The notes: generated by a model from the sequence alone, not told the origin. A stretch of DNA of 64,000 bases from an uncultured Dehalococcoidales bacterium (GCA_964491775.1 CAZBHC010000011.1:5056-69055), one strand, 5' to 3'. Positions 39,361 to 48,992 are shown, counted from the first letter of the stretch. Numbers and translations are program-made.

Positions 39361-39696
39361 ATGGCATTAGCAAGATTAAAAAATATAGGTATTTCAGCGT
39401 ACAAACTTAGATTAGTCATTGATAAAGTTCGTGGCAAAAGAGTTACTGATGCTGAAAACGAATTACGTTACATGAAAAGTCCTGCGGCAGCAGTTACTTC
39501 TAAGCTTTTAAAATCAGTTATTTCTAACGCTGAAAATAATGATTTGCAAAATAAAGATGATTTGAAAATTGTAAAAATTACTGCAGATAAGTCTTCTAGT
39601 GTTAAAAGATACAGAGCAAAAGCTAGAGGAAGAGCTGGTGCTTTTGATAGACCTACCTCTCATTTAGTGATTGAAGTAGATGAGGAAGGAATTTAA
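39361..39696 (+). CDS. rplV: 50S ribosomal protein L22
   Basis: Synteny and size. RLVIDKVRGKRV and RYRAKARGRAG....PTSHL. Confidence 0.94.
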   Translation: MALARLKNIGISAYKLRLVIDKVRGKRVTDAENELRYMKSPAAAVTSKLLKSVISNAENNDLQNKDDLKIVKITADKSSSVKRYRAKARGRAGAFDRPTSHLVIEVDEEGI

Positions 39697-39698
39697 TT

Positions 39699-40466
39699 AT
39701 GGGTCAAAAAACACATCCTAAAGGTTTTAGATTAGGTGGAGTGCAAGATTGGAGTTCTCACTGGTTTGCAAACAATGCATCTGATTATAAAAAATTGACT
39801 TCTGAGGATTATACAATTCGTAAGATGATTAATGATAAATATAGTGAATCAGGGGCTATTTCAAGTATAGATATTGAAAGAGGTGCACAAGAAGTAGTTG
39901 TAACCATCCATACTGCTCGACCTGGAATTATAATAGGTAGAGGCGGGACAGCTGTTGATGTGATGCGAGAAGATATGGAAACTTTAACTGGTAAGAAGGC
40001 TAGACTTAATATTTTAGAAGTTAGGCAACCAGATTTAAATGCTATTTTAGTTGGAAGATCCATTTCGGAACAATTAGTAAGACGAGTTGCATATCGTAGG
40101 GCTATCAGAACTGCAGCTCAGCGCACAATGCAATCAGGTGCACTAGGCATTAAGATTCTTGTTTCAGGTAGATTAGGTGGAGCCGAAATAGCACGTTCTG
40201 ATAAGTATATGGAAGGAAGAGTACCACTACATACACTAAGAGCTCAAATAGATTATGCTGTTGCGGAGGCTTTTACTACTTATGGTGTAGTTGGTGTGAA
40301 AGTATGGATTTATACTGGTGATATGTCTATGTCTTCAGAAAGTCTTATGGCAAGAACTCAATCAAGAGCAACTATGTCTAAAGCCCCTGAAGAAAACAAG
40401 GATAAAAAACGCTCCAAGTCGCGAAGAAGATCCAAGAAGAAAGATTCAACTGATGTTACAACCTAA
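39699..40466 (+). CDS. rpsC: 30S ribosomal protein S3 (with a Lys/Arg/Ser-rich C-terminal tail)
   Basis: MGQKTHPKGFRLG and KH domain GIIIGRGG. The tail reads KAPEENKDKKRSKSRRRSKKKDSTDVTT. Confidence 0.96.
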   Translation: MGQKTHPKGFRLGGVQDWSSHWFANNASDYKKLTSEDYTIRKMINDKYSESGAISSIDIERGAQEVVVTIHTARPGIIIGRGGTAVDVMREDMETLTGKKARLNILEVRQPDLNAILVGRSISEQLVRRVAYRRAIRTAAQRTMQSGALGIKILVSGRLGGAEIARSDKYMEGRVPLHTLRAQIDYAVAEAFTTYGVVGVKVWIYTGDMSMSSESLMARTQSRATMSKAPEENKDKKRSKSRRRSKKKDSTDVTT

Positions 40467-40869
40467 ACAAACTAAATATAGAAAATATCATAGAGGTAAG
40501 ATGAAAGGATTATCATCAAAAGCTTCTACCTTAGATAATGGTGACTATGGTTTAAAGGCTGTAGGGCCTGGTTGGGTTACAGCTCGTCAAATAGAATCTG
40601 CTAGAAGAGCTATAACTGGTTATTTAAAAAGAGGTGGACAGGTTTGGATAAGTGTTTTTCCAGATAAACCAATTACTGCTAGGGCTGCTGAAACAAGAAT
40701 GGGTGGAGGAAAAGGTCCTATTGATCAGTGGGTAGCCGTAGTCAAAAGAGGACGGATTATGTATGAGATAGCCGACGTCCCCGAAGAATTAGCAAAAGAG
40801 GCTTTAAGACGTGCTTCTCATAAATTTGCTATACCTACAAAGATTGTAAGTAGGAGTGATGAATTATGA
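40453..40869 (+). CDS. rplP: 50S ribosomal protein L16
   Basis: In-frame ATG 40453 gives MLQPKQTKYRKYHRGKMKG, the canonical L16 N-terminus. The upstream part of the ORF-track entry overlaps rpsC and is taken as spurious. Confidence 0.95.
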   Translation: MLQPKQTKYRKYHRGKMKGLSSKASTLDNGDYGLKAVGPGWVTARQIESARRAITGYLKRGGQVWISVFPDKPITARAAETRMGGGKGPIDQWVAVVKRGRIMYEIADVPEELAKEALRRASHKFAIPTKIVSRSDEL

Positions 40870-41096
40870 AGATTAATGAAGTTAGAGAAATAAATACTCA
40901 AGATTTGAAGAAAGAATTCAGAGAACAAAAAAAATCTTTGATGAATTTGAGATTTAGAAAATCTACCATGCAATTAACTGACACTAGTGAATTGTCAAAA
41001 GTAAGAAAAACAATAGCACGAATAAAAACTGTAATTCGAGAAAGAGAAATTGTAGTAGATATTTCAAATGATACAAATCAATCAAAGGAGGAATAA
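40866..41096 (+). CDS. rpmC: 50S ribosomal protein L29
   Basis: ATGA overlap with rplP. LKKEFREQKKSLMNLRFRKSTMQL. Confidence 0.92.
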   Translation: MKINEVREINTQDLKKEFREQKKSLMNLRFRKSTMQLTDTSELSKVRKTIARIKTVIREREIVVDISNDTNQSKEE

Positions 41097-41375
41097 TTGG
41101 CTCGTAAAAGACGTATAGGCACGGTTTTAAGCGATACTAACAATAAGACTATTATTGTAGGTGTTGATTGGACTCAAAGAGATCCAGTGTATGGGAAATC
41201 AAAAAGAAGAATAACTAGATTTTCTGCATCTGATATTAATAACACTGCTAAAATTGGTGATCGTGTGGTAATTGAAGAGTCTAAACCTATCTCCAAAACT
41301 AAGAAATGGAGATTGATTGAAATTGTTGAAAAATCAATTAATTATAATATATCAGATTCAGAAGATTCTGAATGA
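41097..41375 (+). CDS. rpsQ: 30S ribosomal protein S17
   Basis: TTG start immediately after the rpmC stop. RKRRIGTVLSDTNNKTIIV...ESKPISKTKKW.L. Confidence 0.94.
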   Translation: MARKRRIGTVLSDTNNKTIIVGVDWTQRDPVYGKSKRRITRFSASDINNTAKIGDRVVIEESKPISKTKKWRLIEIVEKSINYNISDSEDSE

Positions 41376-41399
41376 GTCAATAAGATATAAGGTTTATAT

Positions 41400-41768
41400 A
41401 TGATACAAAGAGAATCAAGATTAAAAGTTACTGATAACTCCGGTGCGAGAGAGGTACTTTGTATTAATATTTCTGGGGGAAGTGCTAGAAAATATGCTAA
41501 AGTAGGTGATGTAATCACATGTACAGTAAAAGATGCTCAACCTGGTGGAAATGTAAAAATGCATCAAGTAGTTAAGGCTGTAATTGTAAGACAAAAAAAA
41601 GAATTTAGACGATATGATGGTTCTTTTATAAGATTTGATGATAACGCATGTGTAATTATTGGTGATGATCAGAATCCGAGAGGCACGAGGATTTTTGGGC
41701 CGGTCGCTAGGGAACTTAGAGACAAACAATTTATGAGAATTATTTCTTTAGCACCTGAGGTTTTATAG
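41400..41768 (+). CDS. rplN: 50S ribosomal protein L14
   Basis: [22 protein letters not shown]...[11 protein letters not shown]. Confidence 0.97.
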   Translation: MIQRESRLKVTDNSGAREVLCINISGGSARKYAKVGDVITCTVKDAQPGGNVKMHQVVKAVIVRQKKEFRRYDGSFIRFDDNACVIIGDDQNPRGTRIFGPVARELRDKQFMRIISLAPEVL

Positions 41769-41770
41769 TC

Positions 41771-42088
41771 ATGAGTAATAAGATTAAGATTGATGATAAA
41801 GTTATTGTAATTTCTGGTAAAGATAAAGGTAAAACTGGTTCTGTTATAAGAGTGCTAAAATCTTCTAATAGGGTTGTCATTGAGGGTGTTAATATTGTAA
41901 CTAAACATGTTAAGCAAAGACCTGGTGTTTCACAGACAGGATTAGTTAAAGGTGAATCATCTATTCCTATTTCTAATGTTATGCTTATTGATCCTGATAC
42001 TTCACAACCGGGAAGAGTCAAATGGCAATTCTTAGAAGATGGAACCAAAACGCGAATCGTTAAAGGAAAGAAAAGTGCCGTCGAGTAA
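41771..42088 (+). CDS. rplX: 50S ribosomal protein L24
   Basis: [20 protein letters not shown] (KOW motif). Synteny. Confidence 0.95.
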   Translation: MSNKIKIDDKVIVISGKDKGKTGSVIRVLKSSNRVVIEGVNIVTKHVKQRPGVSQTGLVKGESSIPISNVMLIDPDTSQPGRVKWQFLEDGTKTRIVKGKKSAVE

Positions 42089-42719
42089 AGTTAATAATAA
42101 ATCAAAACAGAATTCTAAATCTTCTGATAAAAAAACTTCTAAAGAAAGTGTGATTGATTCTTATGTTTCTAATAGGACTATTCCTAGGATGTTAGAAAAA
42201 TATCAGAAAGATGTTGTTCCAATGATGAGAGAGAATTTTTCTTATAGAAATATTATGGAAGTTCCAAAAGTAGAAAAAATTTTTGTAAATATAGGGATGG
42301 GTGAAGCTGTATTAGATAAAAATTCATTAACAGCAGCTATATTAGATCTTACTACTATAACAGGTCAAAAACCTAGGGAAAATAAGGCTAAAAAATCTAT
42401 TGCAAATTTTAAATTACGAGAAGGTATGGTTATTGGTCTATCAGTAACCCTTAGGAGAGATAGAATGTGGGATTTTTTTGATAGACTTGTAAATATTGCT
42501 TTGCCTAGAATTAGAGACTTTAGGGGTATAAACTCTAAAGCCTTTGATGGGCATGGAAACTATTCTTTAGGTTTAAGAGAACAAGTAACATTCCCAGAAA
42601 TTAATTATACTGAAGTGGATAAATTAAGAGGTCTGCAGGTTACCATAAATACTTCTGCGAAAACTGATCACGAATCTAAGAAACTTTTAGAGTTACTAGG
42701 AATGCCATTTAGTAGTTAA
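42075..42719 (+). CDS. rplE: 50S ribosomal protein L5 (start uncertain; possible Lys/Ser-rich N-terminal extension)
   Basis: The conserved core starts at [40 protein letters not shown] (ATG 42189). The frame is open upstream, with candidate starts ATG 42039, GTG 42075 (AAGGA 8-12 nt upstream) and GTG 42150. Confidence 0.85.
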   Translation: MPSSKVNNKSKQNSKSSDKKTSKESVIDSYVSNRTIPRMLEKYQKDVVPMMRENFSYRNIMEVPKVEKIFVNIGMGEAVLDKNSLTAAILDLTTITGQKPRENKAKKSIANFKLREGMVIGLSVTLRRDRMWDFFDRLVNIALPRIRDFRGINSKAFDGHGNYSLGLREQVTFPEINYTEVDKLRGLQVTINTSAKTDHESKKLLELLGMPFSS

Positions 42720-42754
42720 ATTGAATAAAATGAATTTTATAAAGGTGAATAATA

Positions 42755-43060
42755 ATGGCTAAAAAATCAATGGTTGCTAGAGATGTTAAAAGGAAAAAAA
42801 TGATGGAAAAATATCTTAATAGAAGGAATGAATTAAGATCAGCTTCATTAAATCCTAAATTATCACTTGAAGAAAGAATGGCTGCTCGTAGAGAGTTATT
42901 TACCTTACCAAAAAATTCCTCTCCTACGAGAATGAGAAACAGATGTTCAATCACAGGAAGGCCAAGAGGTTATATTCGCTTTTTTGGTCTTTCAAGAATA
43001 GCTTTTAGGGAAATGGCTCTTAATGGTGAGCTTCCAGGAATACGTAAAGGTAGTTTATAA
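42755..43060 (+). CDS. rpsN: 30S ribosomal protein S14 (long, non-zinc C- type)
   Basis: 101 aa. [38 protein letters not shown] with no CxxC pairs. Confidence 0.95.
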   Translation: MAKKSMVARDVKRKKMMEKYLNRRNELRSASLNPKLSLEERMAARRELFTLPKNSSPTRMRNRCSITGRPRGYIRFFGLSRIAFREMALNGELPGIRKGSL

Positions 43061-43077
43061 ATTTAGGAGTTATCATA

Positions 43078-43476
43078 TTGCCAGTATCAGATCCAATTTC
43101 AGACATGTTGACAAGAATCAGAAACGCTGTGATGGTTCATCATAGTTCTGTTTCTATACCTGCTTCAAAAACAAAAGAATCTTTATTAAATTTGTTAAAA
43201 CAAGAAGGATTTATTTCAGATTTTAAGAAAAATATAGATGGTTCGAAGACATTTTTTGAAGTTACACTCAGATATTATGATGATAATTCGTCAGTAATTA
43301 CTGGTTTGAAAAGAATTAGTAAGCCTGGATTAAGAGTTTATTCAAAGAAGAATGATATACCAAGATATCTTGGTGGTTTAGGTGTGTCTTTTTTATCTAC
43401 ACCTAAAGGTATAATGACTGGTTATAATGCCAAAAAACAAGGACTTGGAGGGGAATTGCTATTTTTTGTATGGTGA
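43078..43476 (+). CDS. rpsH: 30S ribosomal protein S8
   Basis: TTG start. (M)PVSDPISDMLTRIRNA, ending GGELLFFVW. Confidence 0.96.
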   Translation: MPVSDPISDMLTRIRNAVMVHHSSVSIPASKTKESLLNLLKQEGFISDFKKNIDGSKTFFEVTLRYYDDNSSVITGLKRISKPGLRVYSKKNDIPRYLGGLGVSFLSTPKGIMTGYNAKKQGLGGELLFFVW

Positions 43477-43507
43477 TACTAAGATAATAGTACTTTTAAT
43501 TTAATAT

Positions 43508-44053
43508 ATGTCAAGAATAGGTAAAGCCCCAATAAATATTCCAGATGGGGTAGATTTAAAAATAGATGGTTCTAATGTATTTATCAAAGGTAAGATTGGA
43601 GAACTTTCAAGGGTATTTCCTCAAACAATAAAAATTAAACAAGAGGGGAACATTTTATATGTGGAGAGGATTAATGACAATCCTGATCAGAGATCTTTAC
43701 ATGGCTTATCAAGAAGTTTATTGAACAATATGGTAATAGGAGTTTCTTCAGGTTTTTCTAAACGTTTGGAATTGATAGGTACAGGATATAGGGTACAACA
43801 GAAAGGCAAATCACTTCAGTTAAGTTTGGGTTTTTCACATAATGTTGATATAGAACCCAATGGGAGTAATAAATTATCAGCCGATGGGCAAAACTTTATT
43901 ATAATTTCTGGACCTGATAAACAATCTGTGGGAGATCAGGCAGCTAATATTAGAAAGTTACGAAAACCGAATCCTTTTACGGGGAAAGGAATTAAGTATG
44001 ACGGCGAAGTTATTAGAAGGAAAGCAGGAAAAGCAGCTGCTACGAGTGCGTAA
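43508..44053 (+). CDS. rplF: 50S ribosomal protein L6
   Basis: [14 protein letters not shown] and ELIGTGYRV. Confidence 0.96.
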   Translation: MSRIGKAPINIPDGVDLKIDGSNVFIKGKIGELSRVFPQTIKIKQEGNILYVERINDNPDQRSLHGLSRSLLNNMVIGVSSGFSKRLELIGTGYRVQQKGKSLQLSLGFSHNVDIEPNGSNKLSADGQNFIIISGPDKQSVGDQAANIRKLRKPNPFTGKGIKYDGEVIRRKAGKAAATSA

Positions 44054-44058
44054 GAATT

Positions 44059-44409
44059 ATGAGTAGTAATAAATTTGATTCAAGAAATAGGATGCGTAGG
44101 CATCGAAGAATTAGAAGGAAAATTGAAGGTCTTAAAGATCGACCTAGGTTAAATGTTTTCCGTTCAAGTAGACATATTTATGTTCAAATTATAAATGATG
44201 AATTAGGAGAAACTATTGCATCTGCTTCATCATTAAATACTACTCAAGAAAATAAAATAAAAATTGCTTCTAACGTTGGTACTATGATTGCTGATAAAGC
44301 TAAACAATTAGGAGTTTCTGAAGTGGTTTTTGATAGAGGAGGATACAAATATCATGGTAGAGTCAAAGCTTTGGCGGAAGCCGCTAGAGTTGGAGGGTTA
44401 AAGTTCTAA
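44059..44409 (+). CDS. rplR: 50S ribosomal protein L18
   Basis: [42 protein letters not shown]. Confidence 0.96.
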   Translation: MSSNKFDSRNRMRRHRRIRRKIEGLKDRPRLNVFRSSRHIYVQIINDELGETIASASSLNTTQENKIKIASNVGTMIADKAKQLGVSEVVFDRGGYKYHGRVKALAEAARVGGLKF

Positions 44410-44411
44410 TT

Positions 44412-45137
44412 ATGTTTGATGAAAATTTAGATAAAAATTCTGAGGCTGTTGAAGCTAAACCTTCTGAAGATAAATCAGAGAAAAAATCTGAGGCTGTTGA
44501 AGCTAAACCTTCTGAAGATAAATCAGATAAAAAATCTGAGGCTAATGTAAATAAACAAAATAATTCTGCAAGACCCCAGAGATATGGTAGGGACTCTAAT
44601 TCAAATCAAAGAAATCAAAATAGGAATAGAAATAGACGCAGGGATGATCAGGATTCAGACTTAATTGAAAGAGTAGTTAAGATACGTAGGGTATCTAAAG
44701 TTGTTAAAGGTGGTAGAAACCTGTCTTTTAATGCAATGGTTGTTGTAGGAGATGGAAATGGAAATGTTGGTGCTGATTTAGGTTCGGCATCTACTGTACC
44801 CGATGCAATCAGGAAAGCAACTACAAACGCAAAAAAAACTATGAAACCTGTTTCTCTAAACGGAGAAACTTTATTTCATGAAGCAAACGAAAGATTTTCA
44901 GGAGCTAAAGTTTTATTGAAACCTGCAGCCCCAGGAACAGGAGTGATAGCTGGAGGTGGAGTTAGAGCGGTTATGGAGGCAGTGGGTGTTAAGGATGTAT
45001 TGTCAAAAACTTTTGGATCTTCTAATACTATTAACATTGTTAGATGTACCTTAAATGCTCTTTATGATATGCGTGACCCTCAAGTTGAATTTTCACGTAG
45101 AAGAGATTTAAATAATAATAATTTAAATAAGGAATAA
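44412..45137 (+). CDS. rpsE: 30S ribosomal protein S5 with an N-terminal low-complexity extension of about 83 aa
   Basis: The core starts at LIERVVKIRRVSKVVKGGRNLSFNAMVVVGDGNGNVG. The ATG lies 2 nt after the rplR stop, so the extension is translated. Confidence 0.95.
   Translation: MFDENLDKNSEAVEAKPSEDKSEKKSEAVEAKPSEDKSDKKSEANVNKQNNSARPQRYGRDSNSNQRNQNRNRNRRRDDQDSDLIERVVKIRRVSKVVKGGRNLSFNAMVVVGDGNGNVGADLGSASTVPDAIRKATTNAKKTMKPVSLNGETLFHEANERFSGAKVLLKPAAPGTGVIAGGGVRAVMEAVGVKDVLSKTFGSSNTINIVRCTLNALYDMRDPQVEFSRRRDLNNNNLNKE
44433..44543. repeat. 48-bp in-frame tandem repeat, 2.3 copies, inside the rpsE 5' extension
   Basis: 44433-44480 and 44481-44528 differ at 2 of 48 positions. A partial third copy spans 44529-44543. 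It encodes (K)SEAVEAKPSEDKSEK units. Confidence 0.95.
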
Positions 45138-45139
45138 AT

Positions 45140-45316
45140 ATGTCAAAGGTACAGATCAAACAAATTAAGAGTGCTATTGGTACTAAACCAAATCAAAGGG
45201 CAACTTTAAAGGCTCTAGGATTAAAAGGTATTAATCATACTGTTGAAAAAGAGAATAATCAAACTTTGGAAGGTATGATAAAAAAGGTATCCCATTTAGT
45301 TGAATGTAAGTATTAA
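45140..45316 (+). CDS. rpmD: 50S ribosomal protein L30
   Basis: Manual translation gives MSKVQIKQIKSAIGTKPNQRATLKALGLKGINHTVEKENNQTLEGMIKKVSHLVECKY (58 aa, below the ORF-track cutoff). It lies between rpsE and rplO. Confidence 0.93.
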   Translation: MSKVQIKQIKSAIGTKPNQRATLKALGLKGINHTVEKENNQTLEGMIKKVSHLVECKY

Positions 45317-45333
45317 TATTTTTGGAGAGATTC

Positions 45334-45780
45334 ATGGTAAGACTTCATCAGATGTCACCAGATAATGGTGCTAAATCAAAAAGAAAAAGAGTAGGAAGAG
45401 GTAATGGTTCTGGAAAAGGAACATATTCCGGTAGAGGGCTTAAGGGGCAAAAACAACGTGAAAGTATTCGACCATTGTTTGAAGGTGGACAAGTTCCATT
45501 AATTAAAAAATTACCGCATATGAGAGGTTTTAATAATATATTTAAGATTTTTTATACTCCAATTAATTTAGATATCCTTAATTCATTTGATGATGGTTCT
45601 AAAGTGAATGTTGAATCATTAATTGAAAAAAAGATTTTACGTAAAAAAGATTCTCTAATTAAGATTTTAGGACGAGGAAATCTAACAAAAGGTTTGGAAG
45701 TTTCTGCTCACTCTTTTAGTAAAACAGCAGTAAAAAAAATTGAAAAAGCTGGTGGTAAAATAAATACCTTATCTAAATAA
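45334..45780 (+). CDS. rplO: 50S ribosomal protein L15
   Basis: ATG 45334 gives MVRLHQMSPDNGAKSKRKRVGRGNGSGKGTYSGRG. Confidence 0.94.
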   Translation: MVRLHQMSPDNGAKSKRKRVGRGNGSGKGTYSGRGLKGQKQRESIRPLFEGGQVPLIKKLPHMRGFNNIFKIFYTPINLDILNSFDDGSKVNVESLIEKKILRKKDSLIKILGRGNLTKGLEVSAHSFSKTAVKKIEKAGGKINTLSK

Positions 45781-45782
45781 TA

Positions 45783-47144
45783 ATGACTACAACTACTAAG
45801 CAAACCCAAAAATCACCTATACCTGCTTTACTGACAGCAATTATCGATGCATGGCGTTTACCTGATTTACGTTTTCGTATTCTTTTTACATTATTTATAT
45901 TGGTAGTTTTTCGTTTTTTTGCTCATGTTCCTGTTCCAGGAGTAGATAGAGAAGCCTTAGCAGCTGCATTTGAAGCTAATCCACTTTTAGGTTTTTTAGA
46001 TTTATTTTCAGGTGGTGCTTTAAGAAATTTATCTATTGCAGCGCTAGGAGTATATCCATATATAACTGCATCTATTATTTTACAAATTCTTACTCCTATT
46101 GTGCCTAGTTTGAAAGCTATTTCACAGGAAGGAGAAATGGGAAGGAAAACAATTAATAGATATACTCATTATTTAACTTTACCATTAGCTTTTTTACAAG
46201 GTTATGGTCAATTAAATTTATTTGCAGGAGGTTTTTTGAGTCAATCTGGTGCAGCTATTACTGGTATAGGATTTGGCGATAATTTTCTAAACACTTTTGC
46301 TATTCTTTGTGCTATGGCTACAGGCACTTTACTCCTTGTATGGATGGGAGATTTAGTTACAGAAAAAGGAATAGGTAATGGTATTTCTTTAATTATATTT
46401 GCTGGAATTGTGACTACATTACCTTCAATTGCAGGACAGCTAATATTATTAAGAGATCAAATTTTTCAAGTAGTAATGCTTTTATCAATGTTTTTGTTGA
46501 TTATATATTTGATTGTAGTTTTTGCTGAAGCACAGAGAAGAATTCAGGTTCAGTATGGTAGAAGTGTTTTTAGAGGAGGTCAAATGTATAGGCAATCAGG
46601 GGCCACTCATATTCCTTTAAGAGTTAATGCGGCTGGAATGATACCTTTAATATTCGCTTTTTCTATTTTGATACTTCCTTCGACAATTGCTAGTTATTTT
46701 GTTAATCCTTCTTCTAGTAGTTTTTTATCTAATTTTGCTTTATCTATTCAAAATGCTCTTGGTCCAACTAGTACTTTTTATTGGTTTGCGGTGTTTATAT
46801 TGGTTGTGCTTTTCACGTTCTTTTATACTCTGGTTGTTCATAATCAACAGAATTTATCAGAGAATCTTCAAAAAAATGGGGGATTTATACCTGGAATAAG
46901 ACCTGGAGCTCCAACTAAAGATTATTTAATGAAAGTTGTTCTACGAATTACATGGGGTGGAGCATTATTTTTAGGAATGATAGCTATAATGCCTTGGATT
47001 GCTCAATTAATTACTAATTTACAAAATGCCACATCTATTATTCAAAGTACCAGCTTACTTATTATGGTTGGTGTTGCATTAGATACTATGAGGCAACTGG
47101 AAGCTCAATTATTAATGAGAAATTATGAAGGTTTTGTAAGGTAA
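45783..47144 (+). CDS. secY: preprotein translocase subunit SecY
   Basis: 10-TM protein. LRFRILFTLFILVVFRF, GALRNLSIAALGVYPYITASII and GIGNGISLIIFAGI. Confidence 0.96.
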   Translation: MTTTTKQTQKSPIPALLTAIIDAWRLPDLRFRILFTLFILVVFRFFAHVPVPGVDREALAAAFEANPLLGFLDLFSGGALRNLSIAALGVYPYITASIILQILTPIVPSLKAISQEGEMGRKTINRYTHYLTLPLAFLQGYGQLNLFAGGFLSQSGAAITGIGFGDNFLNTFAILCAMATGTLLLVWMGDLVTEKGIGNGISLIIFAGIVTTLPSIAGQLILLRDQIFQVVMLLSMFLLIIYLIVVFAEAQRRIQVQYGRSVFRGGQMYRQSGATHIPLRVNAAGMIPLIFAFSILILPSTIASYFVNPSSSSFLSNFALSIQNALGPTSTFYWFAVFILVVLFTFFYTLVVHNQQNLSENLQKNGGFIPGIRPGAPTKDYLMKVVLRITWGGALFLGMIAIMPWIAQLITNLQNATSIIQSTSLLIMVGVALDTMRQLEAQLLMRNYEGFVR

Positions 47145-47153
47145 TTTAAAATA

Positions 47154-47792
47154 ATGAGAATTATTTTACTAGGACCTCCTGGATCCGGAAAAGGAACCCA
47201 ATCATCTTTTATTTCTGAGTATTTTAAAATTTCTCATTTGTCAACTGGAGATATACTCAGATCTGAAGTTAATAAAGGATCAGACTTAGGTATTTCTGCG
47301 AAAAAATATATGGAAGTAGGAGATTTAATTCCTGACGAATTAATGATTAAAGCAATCAATAATAAAATTCTTAATTTATCAACAGGATTTTTACTTGATG
47401 GTTTTCCAAGGACATTGAATCAAGCTAAATCTTTAGATACTTTATTAATTGATAAAAATCAACCTATTGATAAAGTCGTCTGTCTGAAGGTCAATAAGGA
47501 TGAGATAATTTCTCGTTTATTATCTAGGGCAATATGTAATTCATGTGGAAATAATTACAACCTTTTATCCTCTCCTCCAAAGCAAAAAGGAAAATGTGAC
47601 TCATGTGATGGCGACATAATAACAAGATCTGATGACAATAAAGAGGCTATATCAAATCGATTACAGATTTATGAAGAAATGACATCTCCAGTTATTAATT
47701 ACTATGATTCTAGTAAGAGGTGTTTTTTTGTAACTGCTTCAGATAAACCAAAAAATGTTTTTAAAACAATTAGGAAATTGTTAGATAAATGA
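47154..47792 (+). CDS. adk: adenylate kinase (4-Cys zinc lid)
   Basis: P-loop GPPGSGKGTQ, plus LLDGFPRT. The lid reads CNSCG...CDSCDG. Confidence 0.96.
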   Translation: MRIILLGPPGSGKGTQSSFISEYFKISHLSTGDILRSEVNKGSDLGISAKKYMEVGDLIPDELMIKAINNKILNLSTGFLLDGFPRTLNQAKSLDTLLIDKNQPIDKVVCLKVNKDEIISRLLSRAICNSCGNNYNLLSSPPKQKGKCDSCDGDIITRSDDNKEAISNRLQIYEEMTSPVINYYDSSKRCFFVTASDKPKNVFKTIRKLLDK

Positions 47793-47885
47793 ATGTAAAT
47801 TATATGAAAATTACTATATAATTGATAAGTTGTTTTTGAATATAAACCATATGTCTCATTCTAAAAATTTATTTCTATTTATAAA

Positions 47886-48635
47886 ATGATTTCTTTAAAA
47901 TCTAGTGCTGAAATAAAAATAATGAAAGAGGCAGGTAAAATAGTCGCTATTGCAGTGAGAAAAGCATTTGATGTTATGCAACCAGGAATTACTACTAAAG
48001 AATTAGATAATATAGCTTCTGAAGAGATAAAAAATCTCGGAGCTAAACCAGCCTTTTTGGGATTATATGGATTTCCAGCTACTGCTTGTATTTCTATTAA
48101 TTCTGAAATAGTACATGGTATTCCTAGCGAAGATAGAATAGTTAACCAAGGAGACATTGTTACTATAGACTGTGGAGCTATCGTTGATGGTTTTTATAGT
48201 GATCATGCTGTATCTGAAATTGCTGGAAATGCAGAAGAAGATAGTATTTTTCTTGTTGATACTACTAAAAAATCTTTATTACAAGCGATTGATAATGCTA
48301 AACCAGGTAATAGATTAGGTGATATTTCAAATGCTGTTGAAACTTATGTAAGGCCAAAAGGTTTCGAACTAGTAAGAGAATATGTTGGGCATGGAATAGG
48401 GAGACAATTACATGAATCTCCTCAAGTTCCAAATATAGGTCAGCCTTCAACTGGGATTGAGCTTAAACCAGGTTTAGTTTTAGCTATAGAGCCAATGTTA
48501 ACCGTAGGAAGTTGGGAGACAGAAAAATTAGAGGATGAATGGACTGTAGTCACTAAAGATGGTTCAATGTCTTGCCATTTTGAACATACTGTTGCTGTAA
48601 CTGAAAATGGTCCGGAAGTTTTAACTGAAATTTAA
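47886..48635 (+). CDS. map: type I methionine aminopeptidase
   Basis: [20 protein letters not shown]...HE and LAIEPM metal-ligand motifs. Confidence 0.95.
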   Translation: MISLKSSAEIKIMKEAGKIVAIAVRKAFDVMQPGITTKELDNIASEEIKNLGAKPAFLGLYGFPATACISINSEIVHGIPSEDRIVNQGDIVTIDCGAIVDGFYSDHAVSEIAGNAEEDSIFLVDTTKKSLLQAIDNAKPGNRLGDISNAVETYVRPKGFELVREYVGHGIGRQLHESPQVPNIGQPSTGIELKPGLVLAIEPMLTVGSWETEKLEDEWTVVTKDGSMSCHFEHTVAVTENGPEVLTEI

Positions 48636-48639
48636 TTGT

Positions 48640-48858
48640 ATGTCAAAAAAAGAAGCTATAGAAGTAGAAGGAGTTGTTTCTCAAGCATTACCAAATGCTT
48701 ATTTCAATGTTGATTTACCTAATGGTCATAAAGTATTGGCACATGCTTCAGGAAAAATAAGGAAGAATTTTATCAGAGTTTTACCAGGAGACAGAGTTCT
48801 TGTTGAACTTTCTACTTATGATTTAACTAGAGGTAGAATAACATACAGATTCAAATAA
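48640..48858 (+). CDS. infA: translation initiation factor IF-1
   Basis: [28 protein letters not shown]...IRVLPGD.V.VE.S.YDL.RGRI.YR. Confidence 0.97.
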   Translation: MSKKEAIEVEGVVSQALPNAYFNVDLPNGHKVLAHASGKIRKNFIRVLPGDRVLVELSTYDLTRGRITYRFK

Positions 48859-48868
48859 AGAGATAAAA

Positions 48869-48985
48869 ATGAAAGTAAAAGCATCAGTAAAAGCAAAACA
48901 CCCAGGAAGTAAAATTGTTAGAAGAAAAGGAAGGGTGTATGTTATTAATAAACAAAATCCAAGATTGAAAGCTAGACAAGGATAG
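48869..48985 (+). CDS. rpmJ: 50S ribosomal protein L36, Cys-less (C-, YkgO-like) form
   Basis: Manual translation gives [38 protein letters not shown] (38 aa). It sits in the canonical infA-rpmJ-rpsM position and contains no Cys residues. Confidence 0.92.
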   Translation: MKVKASVKAKHPGSKIVRRKGRVYVINKQNPRLKARQG

Positions 48986-48992
48986 AGAATAA

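Noticed and set aside
40318-40452. Upstream 45 codons of the ORF-track rplP entry, overlapping rpsC.
   Set aside because: The canonical L16 N-terminus (MLQPKQTKYRK) begins at ATG 40453. The upstream part is an out-of-frame read through the rpsC tail.
41421-42048. Two 102-aa minus-strand ORFs opposite rplN and rplX.
   Set aside because: These are shadow ORFs inside universally conserved ribosomal protein genes.
47851-47889. 12-codon upstream ORF ([12 protein letters not shown]) whose TGA overlaps the map ATG (ATGA) in the 93-nt adk-map spacer.
   Set aside because: There is no Shine-Dalgarno sequence and it is very short. I cannot show conservation and it is compatible with chance, so it is only worth revisiting if conserved in relatives.
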